Source: an uncultured delta proteobacterium
Lineage (GTDB): Bacteria; Desulfobacterota; Binatia; UBA9968
Reading direction: 5' to 3'
Length of the DNA: 64,000 bases
Assembly (NCBI GenBank): GCA_963745835.1
Contig: CAVUZH010000024.1
Location: 256,001-320,000 of the forward strand
In this document: positions 31,346 to 41,447 of the stretch, in pieces
Numbering within the stretch: position 1 is the stretch's first letter
How the letters are laid out: each line of letters opens with the position of its first letter
Made by a program: the position numbers and the translations under genes
The notes under the pieces: generated by a model
Told to the model about the DNA's origin: nothing
Database searches by the model: none
Seen by the model: the letters and a program-made list of their open reading frames with translations, nothing else

Positions 31346-31688
31346 CTTAAAGAAAGAACCCTGTGAATGATGGTGGCAGCTAAGAAAAGGACGCGAAGCT
31401 TGTTCTCATGTAATCAATCGAGGCGTCGCGGAGAAGGCTTGCCTCCCCTTGTCCCGGTCAATCAGCATCGGTACCACGATCAGATGGCACTTCCCTCGCC
31501 CGCTTTTCGTCTCTGCCCGCGCTCTGCGGTTTATCCCTATCGGTCCGAATGTCAGTCTTCTTCTTTAGGCCTTCCAACAGATGTGGCGAAAGGGGAATCC
31601 TGTAGTGACGGCACGCCACAACGATCAATGGCCACCAGTCGAATTTCACCGCCGACAGTTCCTTGAAGTGCGGCGAGTGATCGCACTC

Positions 31689-31865
31689 CCGATCCAGGGC
31701 ACCGGACGCGCGGCGCTGGCGCTCGATATTGAGGGAATGCCGGGCAAGCCGTGATGTGTGATTTTGCTCCATGGATAAGCTTCGGTTTCAACGATATGAC
31801 CCCGCCCGCGCAAGTGAATGTCATAAAATAAATCTTCGCCCGAGGAGGAATTCCAGCCGCGACCC
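31689..31865 (-). pseudogene. Duplicated 3' fragment of the CoA-transferase gene
   Basis: SSGEDLFYDIHLRGRGHIVETEAYPWSKITHHGLPGIPSISSASAARPVPWIG matches 33375-33552. Confidence 0.85.
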
Positions 31866-31974
31866 GCGTCGAGGCCGGCCGGGGCCAGGTCTTGCAATAA
31901 CGCAATGGATGAAATTGTCGGACGGCTATCTCTCCGGTTTCGAATATGAATGCAGCGGTGACAGCTCGGCAGCG

Positions 31975-33039
31975 CTAATTCTCCCAAAGCGGTTTGACGG
32001 CTGTGTCGAGCCACTTTCTCGCATCTTCAATATAGGCCTTATTCGCAACCACCACCGGTTTGACGTTGGGGCCCCAGCCGTTTTCGATAGACGTTTTGGA
32101 TTTGAATCCTTTCCGGGAACTCGCTCTACCGATCGCGTCGATCGCGGCTTGCCCTTCGGGCGAGGTCAGCCATTCGGCGAACAGTTTAGCGGCCATTGGA
32201 TGGGGCGGGTTGGCGTAGATCGCGGCCTGCTGAGGTGAAACCACCGGCGGAGCGCCTCTGGCGAAATCGATCGGACTGCCTATGTTCTTTTCGCGAACGA
32301 CGTCGTGGAAAAGCGCCGGCATCGCAATCGAATATTCGCCTGCGACGGCAAGCCGAATCATCGCGCTGGTGCTTTTGTGAATCGTAACATTCAAAGCCTT
32401 GAGCCCCTTGATGAATTTAGTCCAGCGCGCGTCGTCCTTCCACTCATCCTTGAAGGCGGCGAGCATCCCGCTTAGCGGGCCCGCTCTCATGGGATCGTCC
32501 AAGGCGACGTTCCCTTTGTATTTTGGATTGGTTACGTCCTCCCAGCTCTTCGGCGCCTCTTCCGATTTCAGCTTCCTGGTGTTGTAAGCGAGCGCCTGAA
32601 TCTGCAGGCTGACCACCGGGGCGATGGCATCGTGCACGATCAAGGAATTGCCCTGCACGGTTGCATAAGGTTCGGAGGCGCCGGCGGCGTGGAGAACCAG
32701 CGGCGCTTCGGTGAGAATCACATCAACGCTCGCCTGCTTGCCTTGGTATTCTGTCAAGGTTCGCGTCGTGACTTCCGATCTCGTCGCCTGCCAGTAGGAA
32801 GTGTTGATGCCGGGAAACCGTTTGCTGAAGGCCTCCGATAACGCGCGAATATGATCGACATCCCAAACCGTATAGACGACCAGCGCTCCCTCCTGTTTCG
32901 CCTTGGGATAGAACTCTTTCGCCAGTTTTTCGAAGCGGGGATCGGTTTCGGGTCGGCCCTGAGCGATCGCAGAAGTGTTGGTCAATGCCAGGGCGAACAC
33001 GACGCAGAGGAAAGACGGCAACAGTAGGTTCTTCACCAT
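31975..33039 (-). CDS. Extracellular solute-binding protein
   Basis: Signal peptide, AKQEGALVVYT, YNT...PKSWEDVTNPKYKG, PPHPMAAKLFAEW. Confidence 0.9.
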   Translation of the reverse strand: MVKNLLLPSFLCVVFALALTNTSAIAQGRPETDPRFEKLAKEFYPKAKQEGALVVYTVWDVDHIRALSEAFSKRFPGINTSYWQATRSEVTTRTLTEYQGKQASVDVILTEAPLVLHAAGASEPYATVQGNSLIVHDAIAPVVSLQIQALAYNTRKLKSEEAPKSWEDVTNPKYKGNVALDDPMRAGPLSGMLAAFKDEWKDDARWTKFIKGLKALNVTIHKSTSAMIRLAVAGEYSIAMPALFHDVVREKNIGSPIDFARGAPPVVSPQQAAIYANPPHPMAAKLFAEWLTSPEGQAAIDAIGRASSRKGFKSKTSIENGWGPNVKPVVVANKAYIEDARKWLDTAVKPLWEN

Positions 33040-33286
33040 GCCCGGTTCCTTTCTTCTGTTCGAGTGAAACACCCGAACAGTTTAAATGGTTCGAAACCTT
33101 TGACGGTCTCAAACCGTCGCCGCTGGTGGAATAATTTCTTCTGGTTCCTTTTAAGACTATCGCCAACGCGCAAACCTATTCGATTCACAGTCTTTTGGTC
33201 AAGGAGGAAGTAGTGAAGCGAATGTGGTGTCTCCTTACCTCTCTGTTACTTTTACCTTTGCCTTCTGCCCGGATCTTTCACGGAAA

Positions 33287-35693
33287 TTACTTGATGGCTC
33301 CTTTTTCCTTCAACTCTGCGATTTGTGCCCTACTCAAACCTAGAATCTCACCGAATACTTGATCATTATTCGCGCCGATCCAGGGCGCCGCACGCGCAGC
33401 ACTGGCCGCGGAAAGAGAAGGAATGCCGGGCAAGCCGTGGTGCGTGATTTTGCCCCATGGCTGGGCTTCGGTTTCAACGATATGGCCGCGGGCGCGCAGG
33501 TGGATGTCGTGAAACAGATCTTCCCCGGACGATGGAATTCCAGCCGCGACGCCGGACTCTTGTAGCATTCGAAATAGCTGTTTTGCCGTGTATTTACATG
33601 CCCATTGTGAAAGTTTTTGATCGAGCTCTTCACGATGCTGCTTGCGAGCTTTGTGGGTAGCGAACTTGTCATCAGCAGCCCAGGAGGATTTGCCAATCAA
33701 ATCCACCATGCTGCGCCACTCTTCGTCGCCGGCACAAGCGATGATAATCCAATTATCCTCACCTGCGGATTGATAGCAGCCGTAGGGCGCGTAGGGTTCG
33801 CCGAGAATTTCTCGGTAGCCCATCGCGTCCCATTCGTTGCGGTTGATTGTGTAGTCGAGAATTGCCGGTCCCATCATCGAGCCCTGGGCTTCGAGCATGC
33901 CGGCTTCGATGAATTGCCCCTTGCCCGTGCGGGCTTGATATTCCAACGCTGCGAGCACACCGAGCGCCATGGTCACCGAGCCGACCCGATCGGGCCAAGC
34001 AATCTTGCAGCGGGTTTCCATGGGTGAATCGGGGTAACCCCAGAGGCGCATGATCCCGGTGTAGGCGAGGAGCTGCCAGCCCCACGCGACCCATGACTTC
34101 AGCGGCCCCGTTAGTCCCCAACCGGGCATCACCGCTTGGACGATTCGGGGATTGATCCGTTCCAATGTCTCGAAGCTGAAGCCCAGACGATCCAAAACGC
34201 CGGAGCTAAAATTATCGACAACCACATCGGACTTCTCGACTAATTCTTTGAAAAGTTCTTTGCCCTCAGGACTCCGCAGATTGATCGTGCAACCGAGCTT
34301 ACCGCGATTCATACAGGCGTGTACCGCGGCTTCACGTTCTTTACTTGCGCACGACCGCAGACTCGATTTTCACCACTTCCATGCCGTAGTAGGCTAACAG
34401 TTCGGTACCGAGTGGACCGGCATATTGCTGCGTCAGGTCGGCCATACGCAGCCCGGCCAGCATCGGCTGGCGCATTCGATTTGCATCACTTCGATCGGTT
34501 GACTTGCCGGGAGCGACTTTTCCAAGTTCCGCAAGAATTTCCTTTCGGTGCTGATCCAACAAAGGGGCCGCACGGCGCACCCGCATCGGCGTCAGCGATA
34601 AACGCATGGGCGCGCCCGGCGCCTTGTACTTGCCGATCACCGGATGCTCGATTTCCTGCAGCCATCCGCGCACGCGGTTTTGTTCACAGTCGACAAACTC
34701 GCCGATCGTATTGAGCGGCGCGGCGGCGAGGTGGCGCGCCTGCGCCTGGTTAGCAAAATCGTCAGCATCGAATTGGCCAATGAAATTAGAGAATGCTCTG
34801 GCGACTTCCTCGGCATGCTGATCGCGGTAACGCGAGTTCTCCCACTCCGGCCCGGCCAGCGTTTTGTCGGTCATCCAATTCTGCGCGAACTCTTTCCACA
34901 TGTGCGGCATGTTGGTGGTGAAATGAACATAGCGGCCATCCTTGCAGCGATAGATGTTGGTGCCGGCGCCGCCATATGCTTTGCCGCCGGGCCGGCGCTC
35001 GAGGCGATTTTCCCGGCTGTAACGCGCAATCGAGCTGCTATTCGTGAACGTCAGCGCTTCTTGCAACGAGACATCGATTCGCTGGCCCGCGCCCGTTTCT
35101 CTGGCGTGACGGATTCCGGCTAATCCCAACATCGCCGCCATCGCGCCGGCTACTTGATAGGCGAGATGGCTTGGGGCGGTGCACTGCCCTTTGGTGTTGT
35201 CGCCCTGGCCAAAAAGAAAACCACCAGTGGCGTTGGCGATGGCGTCGCTTCCTTTGTAATGCCGGTATAGTCCGGTCCTGCCGAATGGGGTTATCGAAAC
35301 GACAACCAGATGGGAGAAGTCTCTGGCGAAGCGCTCATCGGTGAAGCCAAACTTCTCCAGATAGCCAAGCGGCGTCGCTTCGATGAGGAGATTCGCGGAA
35401 GCGAGCAGCCGGGCGAAGCTCTCACGGTCGGCATCAGCTGCCAAATCAAGAACGATGCTACGCTTGTTGGTATTAGCATGAATGAAGGTAAGGCTGCGCT
35501 CGCGATCCTCGACATTACCGGCAAAGGGCGGCAGCAGGCGGCTGGGATCGCCGCCGGGTGGTTCGACCTTGATCACGTCTGCGCCAAGATCCGCCAGCCA
35601 ACGTGTCGCATAGGACGCGGGAATGTCACCCAGCTCGATGATCCGGAGGTGATCTAGCGCCGAGTCAGAATTAGTTTCACTGTCGCCAGTCAA
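33287..35693 (-). CDS. Family III CoA-transferase with two tandem CaiB/BaiF domains (frameshift near 34345)
   Basis: Domain 1 LADLGADVIKVEPPGGDP..NTNKRS; domain 2 LAYYGMEVVKIES..MNRGKLG..DVVVDNFS. Confidence 0.88.
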
Positions 35694-35717
35694 TTGTTGT
35701 CCTTTCGATTCTTCAAG

Positions 35718-35753
35718 CCCTCACCCTTCCCTCTTCCCGTAAACGGGCGAGGG
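35718..35753. repeat. CCCTCACCC...GAGGG palindromic REP-like repeat
   Basis: CCCTCACCCTTCCCTCTTCCCGTAAACGGGCGAGGG hairpin. Confidence 0.6.
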
Positions 35754-35844
35754 TAAAAAAAGCCGGATGTTGCTTGTTAACTAACAGGTAGCTGGAAAAA
35801 TATTTCTAAGTCTGGGAAAGATCCAGATCTGTGCTTTCCACGCC

Positions 35845-35877
35845 TTGAACGGCTGGAACGTTTTGAACGGCTGGAAC
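35845..35877. repeat. 9-nt periodic T(T/G)GAAC repeat x4
   Basis: TTGAACGGC TGGAACGTT TTGAACGGC TGGAAC. Confidence 0.75.
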
Positions 35878-35926
35878 ATATTAAATTCAAAAAAGCCCAG
35901 TATTGTTTTTAACATTCTGTTTGGGA

Positions 35927-36937
35927 TCACTTGCTTAAGTTGACCAGCACCCTGCCGCGAATTCCACCTTTGAGAATTTCGTCTATCTTAGGATTCAACT
36001 CTTCCAATGAACATTCGGTTATAAGATCGCCTGACATGTCCAGTTTCCACTCGGTGGCAAGCTTCTGCCATACGCGCGCGCGAGTGGTCATCGGGATCTC
36101 GACCGAATCCACCCCAAGCAGACTGACTCCGCGCAAAATAAACGGGAACACGCTCACTGATAGATCAGCGGACATGACATTGCCGCAAGCCGTGACGAGG
36201 CCACCGTATTTTGCTGACTTGAGCGCGGTGGCCAGGATGTTACCGCCGACGGTGTCGACCGCGCCAGCCCAGCGGCCTTTCTGAAGCGGCCTTCCTGAGG
36301 TGTCATTAGCCTCGTCGCGCGAGATGATGGTTTTGGCGCCGAGCCCGGTGAGGAAATCTTTTTCGGCTGCTTTGCCGGTGGCGGCAACCACGTCGAAACC
36401 TAACTTGGCGAGAATCCCCACCGCGACGCTGCCGACTCCGCCGGTGGCGCCGGTCACCAGCACTTCACCGGCTTCCTTGTTGAGACCTCCTGCCAGTAAT
36501 CTCATCACGCACAACGCCGCGGTAAAGCCGGCAGTGCCGTAGCCCATGCTGTCTCGCAACGATAGCCCCGCCGGCAACTTCACCGCCCATCCCGCCGGCA
36601 CGCTAATGTACTGGCCAAAACCGCCGGCGGTATTCATCCCCAGATCATATCCCATGACGATGACCTCGCTACCGACGGCGATGTCTCTGCTGGTGGAATT
36701 GACGACAACCCCGGCGGCATCGATGCCGGGCGTGTGCGGATACTTCCGAGTGACTCCTTTATTGCCGGTAGCCGATAGCGCATCCTTATAGTTCAACGAG
36801 GAATATTTAACCTCGATGACCAGTTCACCGGCGGGCAAATCGCCCAGAGCCAACTGCTTTATCTCTCGCGAAAACTTTTTGTCCGCGGTCTCGGAAACAA
36901 TCATTGCTTTGAAACTCTGTGGTAACGGCATGCTCAT
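35927..36937 (-). CDS. acuI: Acryloyl-CoA reductase / YhdH-family MDR oxidoreductase
   Basis: YSSLNYKDAL, PGIDAAG, GTAGFTAAL, VTGATGGVGS, DTVGG, PFILRGVSLLGVDSV. Confidence 0.8.
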   Translation of the reverse strand: MSMPLPQSFKAMIVSETADKKFSREIKQLALGDLPAGELVIEVKYSSLNYKDALSATGNKGVTRKYPHTPGIDAAGVVVNSTSRDIAVGSEVIVMGYDLGMNTAGGFGQYISVPAGWAVKLPAGLSLRDSMGYGTAGFTAALCVMRLLAGGLNKEAGEVLVTGATGGVGSVAVGILAKLGFDVVAATGKAAEKDFLTGLGAKTIISRDEANDTSGRPLQKGRWAGAVDTVGGNILATALKSAKYGGLVTACGNVMSADLSVSVFPFILRGVSLLGVDSVEIPMTTRARVWQKLATEWKLDMSGDLITECSLEELNPKIDEILKGGIRGRVLVNLSK

Positions 36938-37156
36938 TACTCCTCATCCCAGATAAGATAGTCACAGCAAGCGAGTACATAATCTGTAGCCCAAACTGTC
37001 AAGAGCCCTGGAAAGGATTGCGCCGGCCCGGCAGGCTCAAGGCGAAGATCATCTGCGTAGCGAAAGATTCGCCGCGCGAGATCGATGGAAGAAGTCCTGC
37101 AACTTGCTTGCAATAGGTATTCGGTTCAGGGCAAAGTGGAGCTTGGAGGAATTCTT

Positions 37157-38275
37157 ATGGCAACCGACAAAACGGGTGGCTTAGCTGGAATCATTGCCGG
37201 TAACACGTCGATTGCGACCGTCGGCAAAGAAGGCAAAGGACTTACCTATCGCGGCTACTCGATCTATGACCTAGCCGAGCACTCGACCTTCGAAGAAGTC
37301 GCCTATCTGCTGATCTACGGCAAGCTGCCGAGCGGATCACAGCTGCGCGAATACAAAGAGACCTTGCGCAAGCAGCGCGGATTATCGTCGCCGCTCAAAG
37401 CTGTACTCGAACACATACCGGGCAGCACGCACCCGATGGACGTCTTGCGCACCGCGTGTTCCATGCTCGGAACTCTCGAGCCCGAGAATAAAGAACACGA
37501 TCAGATCGCCATCGCCAACCGGCTGACCGCATGCTTTAGCTCGATGCTTTTGTACTGGCATCAGTACGTCAATAGCGGCAAACGCATCGATACCAAAACC
37601 GAGGACGACAGCACCGCCGGCCATTTCCTGCATCTCCTGCACGGCAAAAAGCCGGACGAGCTATGCCGCCGCGCCGTCGACGTGTCGTTGATTCTTTATG
37701 CCGAGCATGAATTTAATGCCTCGACCTTTACCGCGCGCACCATCGCCTCCACCTTGCCGGATTTTTATTCCGCGATAACCGGCGCCATCGGCGCTTTACG
37801 CGGTCCCCTGCACGGCGGCGCCAATGAGGCTGCCATGGAGTTGCTGGAAAAATATTCCACCCCGGAGGAAGCTGAGAGCGGAATTCTCGAAATGACTGCC
37901 GCCAAAAAGCTGGTCATGGGTTTTGGGCATCGCGTGTATAAAATCTCTGATCCGCGCTCCGACGTGATCAAAGCATGGGCCAAAAAGCTCGCCGATGCTC
38001 AGGGCGACAAGAAGCTCTACGCAGTATCGGAACGGGTCGAGCAGGTCATGCGGCGAGAAAAAAAAATGTTTCCCAATTTGGATTTCTACAGCGCCAGCGC
38101 CTATCACTTCTGCGGCATCCCGACCGCGATGTTCACACCGTTGTTCGTGGTTTCGCGCATCACCGGTTGGGCCGCGCATATCATCGAACAGCGCGCCGAC
38201 AACCGGCTCATTCGCCCCAACGCAGACTACGTCGGTCCCGACCCGCGGCCTTACGTGCCCATGGCGGACCGCTAG
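37157..38275 (+). CDS. prpC: 2-methylcitrate synthase
   Basis: LTYRGY, YAEHEFNASTF, GPLHGGANE, MGFGHRVY, FPNLDF; upstream of prpD. Confidence 0.88.
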   Translation: MATDKTGGLAGIIAGNTSIATVGKEGKGLTYRGYSIYDLAEHSTFEEVAYLLIYGKLPSGSQLREYKETLRKQRGLSSPLKAVLEHIPGSTHPMDVLRTACSMLGTLEPENKEHDQIAIANRLTACFSSMLLYWHQYVNSGKRIDTKTEDDSTAGHFLHLLHGKKPDELCRRAVDVSLILYAEHEFNASTFTARTIASTLPDFYSAITGAIGALRGPLHGGANEAAMELLEKYSTPEEAESGILEMTAAKKLVMGFGHRVYKISDPRSDVIKAWAKKLADAQGDKKLYAVSERVEQVMRREKKMFPNLDFYSASAYHFCGIPTAMFTPLFVVSRITGWAAHIIEQRADNRLIRPNADYVGPDPRPYVPMADR

Positions 38276-38427
38276 CAGGCTGCTGAAGAAGACTCATATG
38301 CTTCGTTGGGCTCTAATCGTCTCGCTTCGACGTACTGAAGAGTACGCCTTCGCTCGCCGATTTTTCGCCCGTCTCGCCTCTGAGTCTTTTGAGCAGCCTA
38401 TAATCAGAGCTTTCAGCAAACCGCTAC
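38272..38427 (-). mobile_element. MITE-like element, copy 2 (supplies the prpC stop codon)
   Basis: CTAGCAGGCTGCTGAAGAAGACTCATATGCTTCGTT...CTTTTGAGCAGCCT...TTTCAGCAAACC; reverse of 19155 copy. Confidence 0.8.
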
Positions 38428-38470
38428 TTAGCTTTGATGCACCATCGTTCGAGAAACTACGTCACGATGG

Positions 38471-38650
38471 CGATCGAGGAGTGAGCTCGGAGAAGCGAAG
38501 TCGCAGAGTGAAAAGGTTCAATGATGTTTAGGGTGCTTGGCAATGAACTCCAGGTGCTTTTCAGCAAGCCGCGCTTCAGCAATATCGTTCGCAGGCTGCC
38601 TCAAGATGGAGGCTCATCGCCTTCGCTCCGGAGAGTTCGCTCCTTGATCG
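38471..38650. repeat. Imperfect ~30 bp inverted repeat element
   Basis: CGATCGAGGAGTGAGCTC...AGCGAAG vs CTTCGCT...GAGTTCGCTCCTTGATCG. Confidence 0.55.
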
Positions 38651-38682
38651 TTACTTGCCCGTAAAAAACTCAGATCAGCCTT

Positions 38683-40122
38683 ATGACTTCAACGACTTCC
38701 AATATCCGTCCATCCCCTGATGCGCTTTTGCTTGAGATCGCCGCTTACGCGGCTGATTACGTATCCAGCAGCGCAGAGGCCATCGATACCGCTCGCTATT
38801 GTTTTATGGACACCCTGGGCTGCGGACTCCTGGCACTGCGTTATCCGGAGTGCACAAACCAGCTTGGGCCGGTCGTTCCCGGAGCGTTGCTGCCCAATGG
38901 CGCACGGGTTCCCGGCACGCCCTGGCAGCTCGATCCGGTGCATGCCGCTTTCAATATCGGCGCGATGATTCGCTGGCTCGACTTCAATGACACATGGCTG
39001 GCCGCCGAGTGGGGCCACCCCTCGGACAATCTCGGCGGCATTTTGGCTCTAGCCGATTACTTGACTCGCTCGGGGCAACGCTCGTTCACGATCGGCGATG
39101 TCCTTACCGCCATGATCAAAGCGCACGAAATTCAGGGGGTCCTCGCGCTGGAGAATAGTTTCAACCGCGTCGGCCTCGATCACGTCTTGCTGGTCCGAGT
39201 TGCGACCGCCGCGGTGGCAAGCGCAATGCTCGGCGGCGGCCGAGAGCAGATCGTCAGCGCTCTTTCCAATGCATGGAGTGATGGCGGCAGCTTGCGCCTA
39301 TACCGTCACGCGCCCAATACCGGCCCGCGCAAATCCTGGGCTGCGGGCGATGCCACCAGCAGAGGAGTGCGTCTCGCGCTGATGGCAATGCGCGGCGAGA
39401 TCGGCTATCCGTCTGCGCTGTCGGCTAAAGAGTGGGGCTTCTATGACGTGCTGTTTCATGGCAATTCATTCAAGCTCGGCCGGCCCTTCGGCTCCTACGT
39501 GATGGAGAATATTCTTTTCAAGGTTTCCTATCCGGCGGAATTTCACGCGCAAACGGCGGTGGAATGCGCCTTGCGGCTACACCAGCAAGTCAGTCCCCGA
39601 CTTGAAGCCATCGCGAAGGTTCGGATTACCACGCACGAATCGGCGATACGCATCATCGATAAAACGGGACCGCTCTACAATCCAGCCGATCGCGATCACT
39701 GTTTGCAATACATGACCGCCATCGGTCTCATCTTCGGCGACCTGACGGCCGATCATTACCAAGATGCAGTGGCCAAAGACCCGCGCATCGATGCCCTGCG
39801 TTCCAAAATGGAAGTTGTCGAAGATCCGCGTTATTCGAAAGAGTACCTCGATCCCGACAAGCGCTCGATCGCCAATGCGGTCCAGGTTTTTTTCACTGAC
39901 GGTTCTGCCACTGAAAACATCGCGGTCGAGTACCCCGTTGGCCATCGCCGGCGCCGCGCCGAAGGCATACCGCTGCTGGTCAAAAAATTTGAAACCAATC
40001 TGGCTTCGCGGCTGGCGCCTTCCTGGAGCAAAAAGATTCTCGAGCTGTGCCTGGATTTGAAAGCCTTGCACTCAACTCCCGTCGATGTTTTCACCGACAT
40101 GTTCATCGTACACTCCGCATGA
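38683..40122 (+). CDS. prpD: 2-methylcitrate dehydratase
   Basis: [68 protein letters not shown]. Confidence 0.95.
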   Translation: MTSTTSNIRPSPDALLLEIAAYAADYVSSSAEAIDTARYCFMDTLGCGLLALRYPECTNQLGPVVPGALLPNGARVPGTPWQLDPVHAAFNIGAMIRWLDFNDTWLAAEWGHPSDNLGGILALADYLTRSGQRSFTIGDVLTAMIKAHEIQGVLALENSFNRVGLDHVLLVRVATAAVASAMLGGGREQIVSALSNAWSDGGSLRLYRHAPNTGPRKSWAAGDATSRGVRLALMAMRGEIGYPSALSAKEWGFYDVLFHGNSFKLGRPFGSYVMENILFKVSYPAEFHAQTAVECALRLHQQVSPRLEAIAKVRITTHESAIRIIDKTGPLYNPADRDHCLQYMTAIGLIFGDLTADHYQDAVAKDPRIDALRSKMEVVEDPRYSKEYLDPDKRSIANAVQVFFTDGSATENIAVEYPVGHRRRRAEGIPLLVKKFETNLASRLAPSWSKKILELCLDLKALHSTPVDVFTDMFIVHSA

Positions 40123-40200
40123 ATTTAATGCCAAATTTGCAGGGGAGATGGCCAACCGTGCACCGATTGAGGTGAGGCGCCCTACGGGATCTCCAATGGC

Positions 40201-40256
40201 AAATCTCAGATCTCAAAATGACAAAGTTGAAACCTGGGATCTGAAATCTGAGATTC
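40201..40256. repeat. 7-nt periodic palindromic repeat (AAATCTC/TGAGATT)
   Basis: AAATCTC AGATCTC AAA...TGGGATC TGAAATC TGAGATT. Confidence 0.6.
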
Positions 40257-40271
40257 GGAGCATAGCCAGGA

Positions 40272-40426
40272 CTAACAGGTTGCTGAAGAACTCTGGTTGC
40301 AGGCTGCTCAAAAAGATCCAAAGGCGAGGCGCGCGAGAAATCGCCGAGCCAAGGCGTACTTAAAGTAGTTGGAGCGAGGCGATTGAGCGCAACGAAGCAT
40401 ATGGGTTTTTTTCAGCAGCCTGCTGG
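40272..40426 (+). mobile_element. MITE-like element, copy 3
   Basis: CTAACAGGTTGCTGAAGAA...CAGGCTGCTCAAAAAGATCC...AACGAAGCATATGGG...TTCAGCAGCCTGCTGG. Confidence 0.8.
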
Positions 40427-40512
40427 ACCTATTGCTTTTGCTCGGGAGGGGCTCGCCCTCACTCGCTGTGCCATTTTGAAAATTTTTTACGAAAAGAAAA
40501 TCGGAGAACGAA

Positions 40513-41391
40513 ATGAATTCGAGACAACTACTCAAGCAGCTGTTTAAACGTGACCGCCTTTTGGTTGCCCCTGGATGCTTCGACGGCTTGTCGGCGCGCC
40601 TGGTCGAGGAAGCCGGCTTCGAGGCCGCTTATCTAAGCGGCGGCGCGGTGGCGCGGAGCATGGGCATACCGGATATCGGCCTCGTGACTATGTCCGAGGT
40701 CATAGACCGCGCGGCGCAAGTGGTCGCCGCGGTAAAAATTCCAATTATCGCCGATGCCGACACCGGCTACGGCAATGCGGTGAATTTAGTGCGCAGCGTC
40801 AGAGAATTCGAGCGGACCGGCGTTGCCGCAATCCACATCGAAGACCAAATCACGCCCAAGCGCTGCGGTCACCTCGACGGCAAAGAAGTGATCCCGCTGG
40901 CTGAAATGGAAAAGAAACTGCAAGCTGCGCTGGCCAACCGCAGCGATCCCGATTTCTCGATTATCGCGCGCACGGATGCGCGCGGCGTGCATGGCTTCGA
41001 TGATGCGATTCGGAGGGGCAGAGCCTTTGCTGAGCTTGGAGTCGATGCCGTTTTTGTCGAAGCGCCGCAGTCTGAAGCCGAACTGGAGGAGATTCCTCGC
41101 GCCCTTGCCAACGTGCCGCTGCTGGTGAATGTTTTCAAAGGCGGCAAAACTCCCATGCTACCGGTTGAACGCCTGCAGCAGATGGGTTACCGCATCGCCA
41201 TCTATCCGTCCGAAACGCAAAGAGCCGCGATCCACGCCATGAGGCAGGCGCTCGGACTGCTTAAGCGCGAGGGCACGACGGAAAAGATGGACGATGCGCT
41301 GACCACTTTCAAAGAGCGCGACAAAGTCGTCGGCCTCGATGAGTGGCAGCAATTGGAAAAACAATATCTGGCGCCAAACGAAAGATCCTGA
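40513..41391 (+). CDS. prpB: Methylisocitrate lyase-like (ICL/PEP mutase family)
   Basis: GFEAAYLSG, PDIG, DADTGYG, HIEDQ..PKRCGH, IARTDA; follows prpC-prpD. Confidence 0.7.
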   Translation: MNSRQLLKQLFKRDRLLVAPGCFDGLSARLVEEAGFEAAYLSGGAVARSMGIPDIGLVTMSEVIDRAAQVVAAVKIPIIADADTGYGNAVNLVRSVREFERTGVAAIHIEDQITPKRCGHLDGKEVIPLAEMEKKLQAALANRSDPDFSIIARTDARGVHGFDDAIRRGRAFAELGVDAVFVEAPQSEAELEEIPRALANVPLLVNVFKGGKTPMLPVERLQQMGYRIAIYPSETQRAAIHAMRQALGLLKREGTTEKMDDALTTFKERDKVVGLDEWQQLEKQYLAPNERS

Positions 41392-41447
41392 TTCGGAAAG
41401 CTGTTCGAGCGGATCTTCCTAAACCTTTAAAGAGCGCCTTTCACAGA

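Noticed and set aside
31689-33552. Diversity-generating retroelement TR/VR pair
   Set aside because: No reverse transcriptase in the window; differences look largely synonymous and not confined to adenines, and the copy has indels
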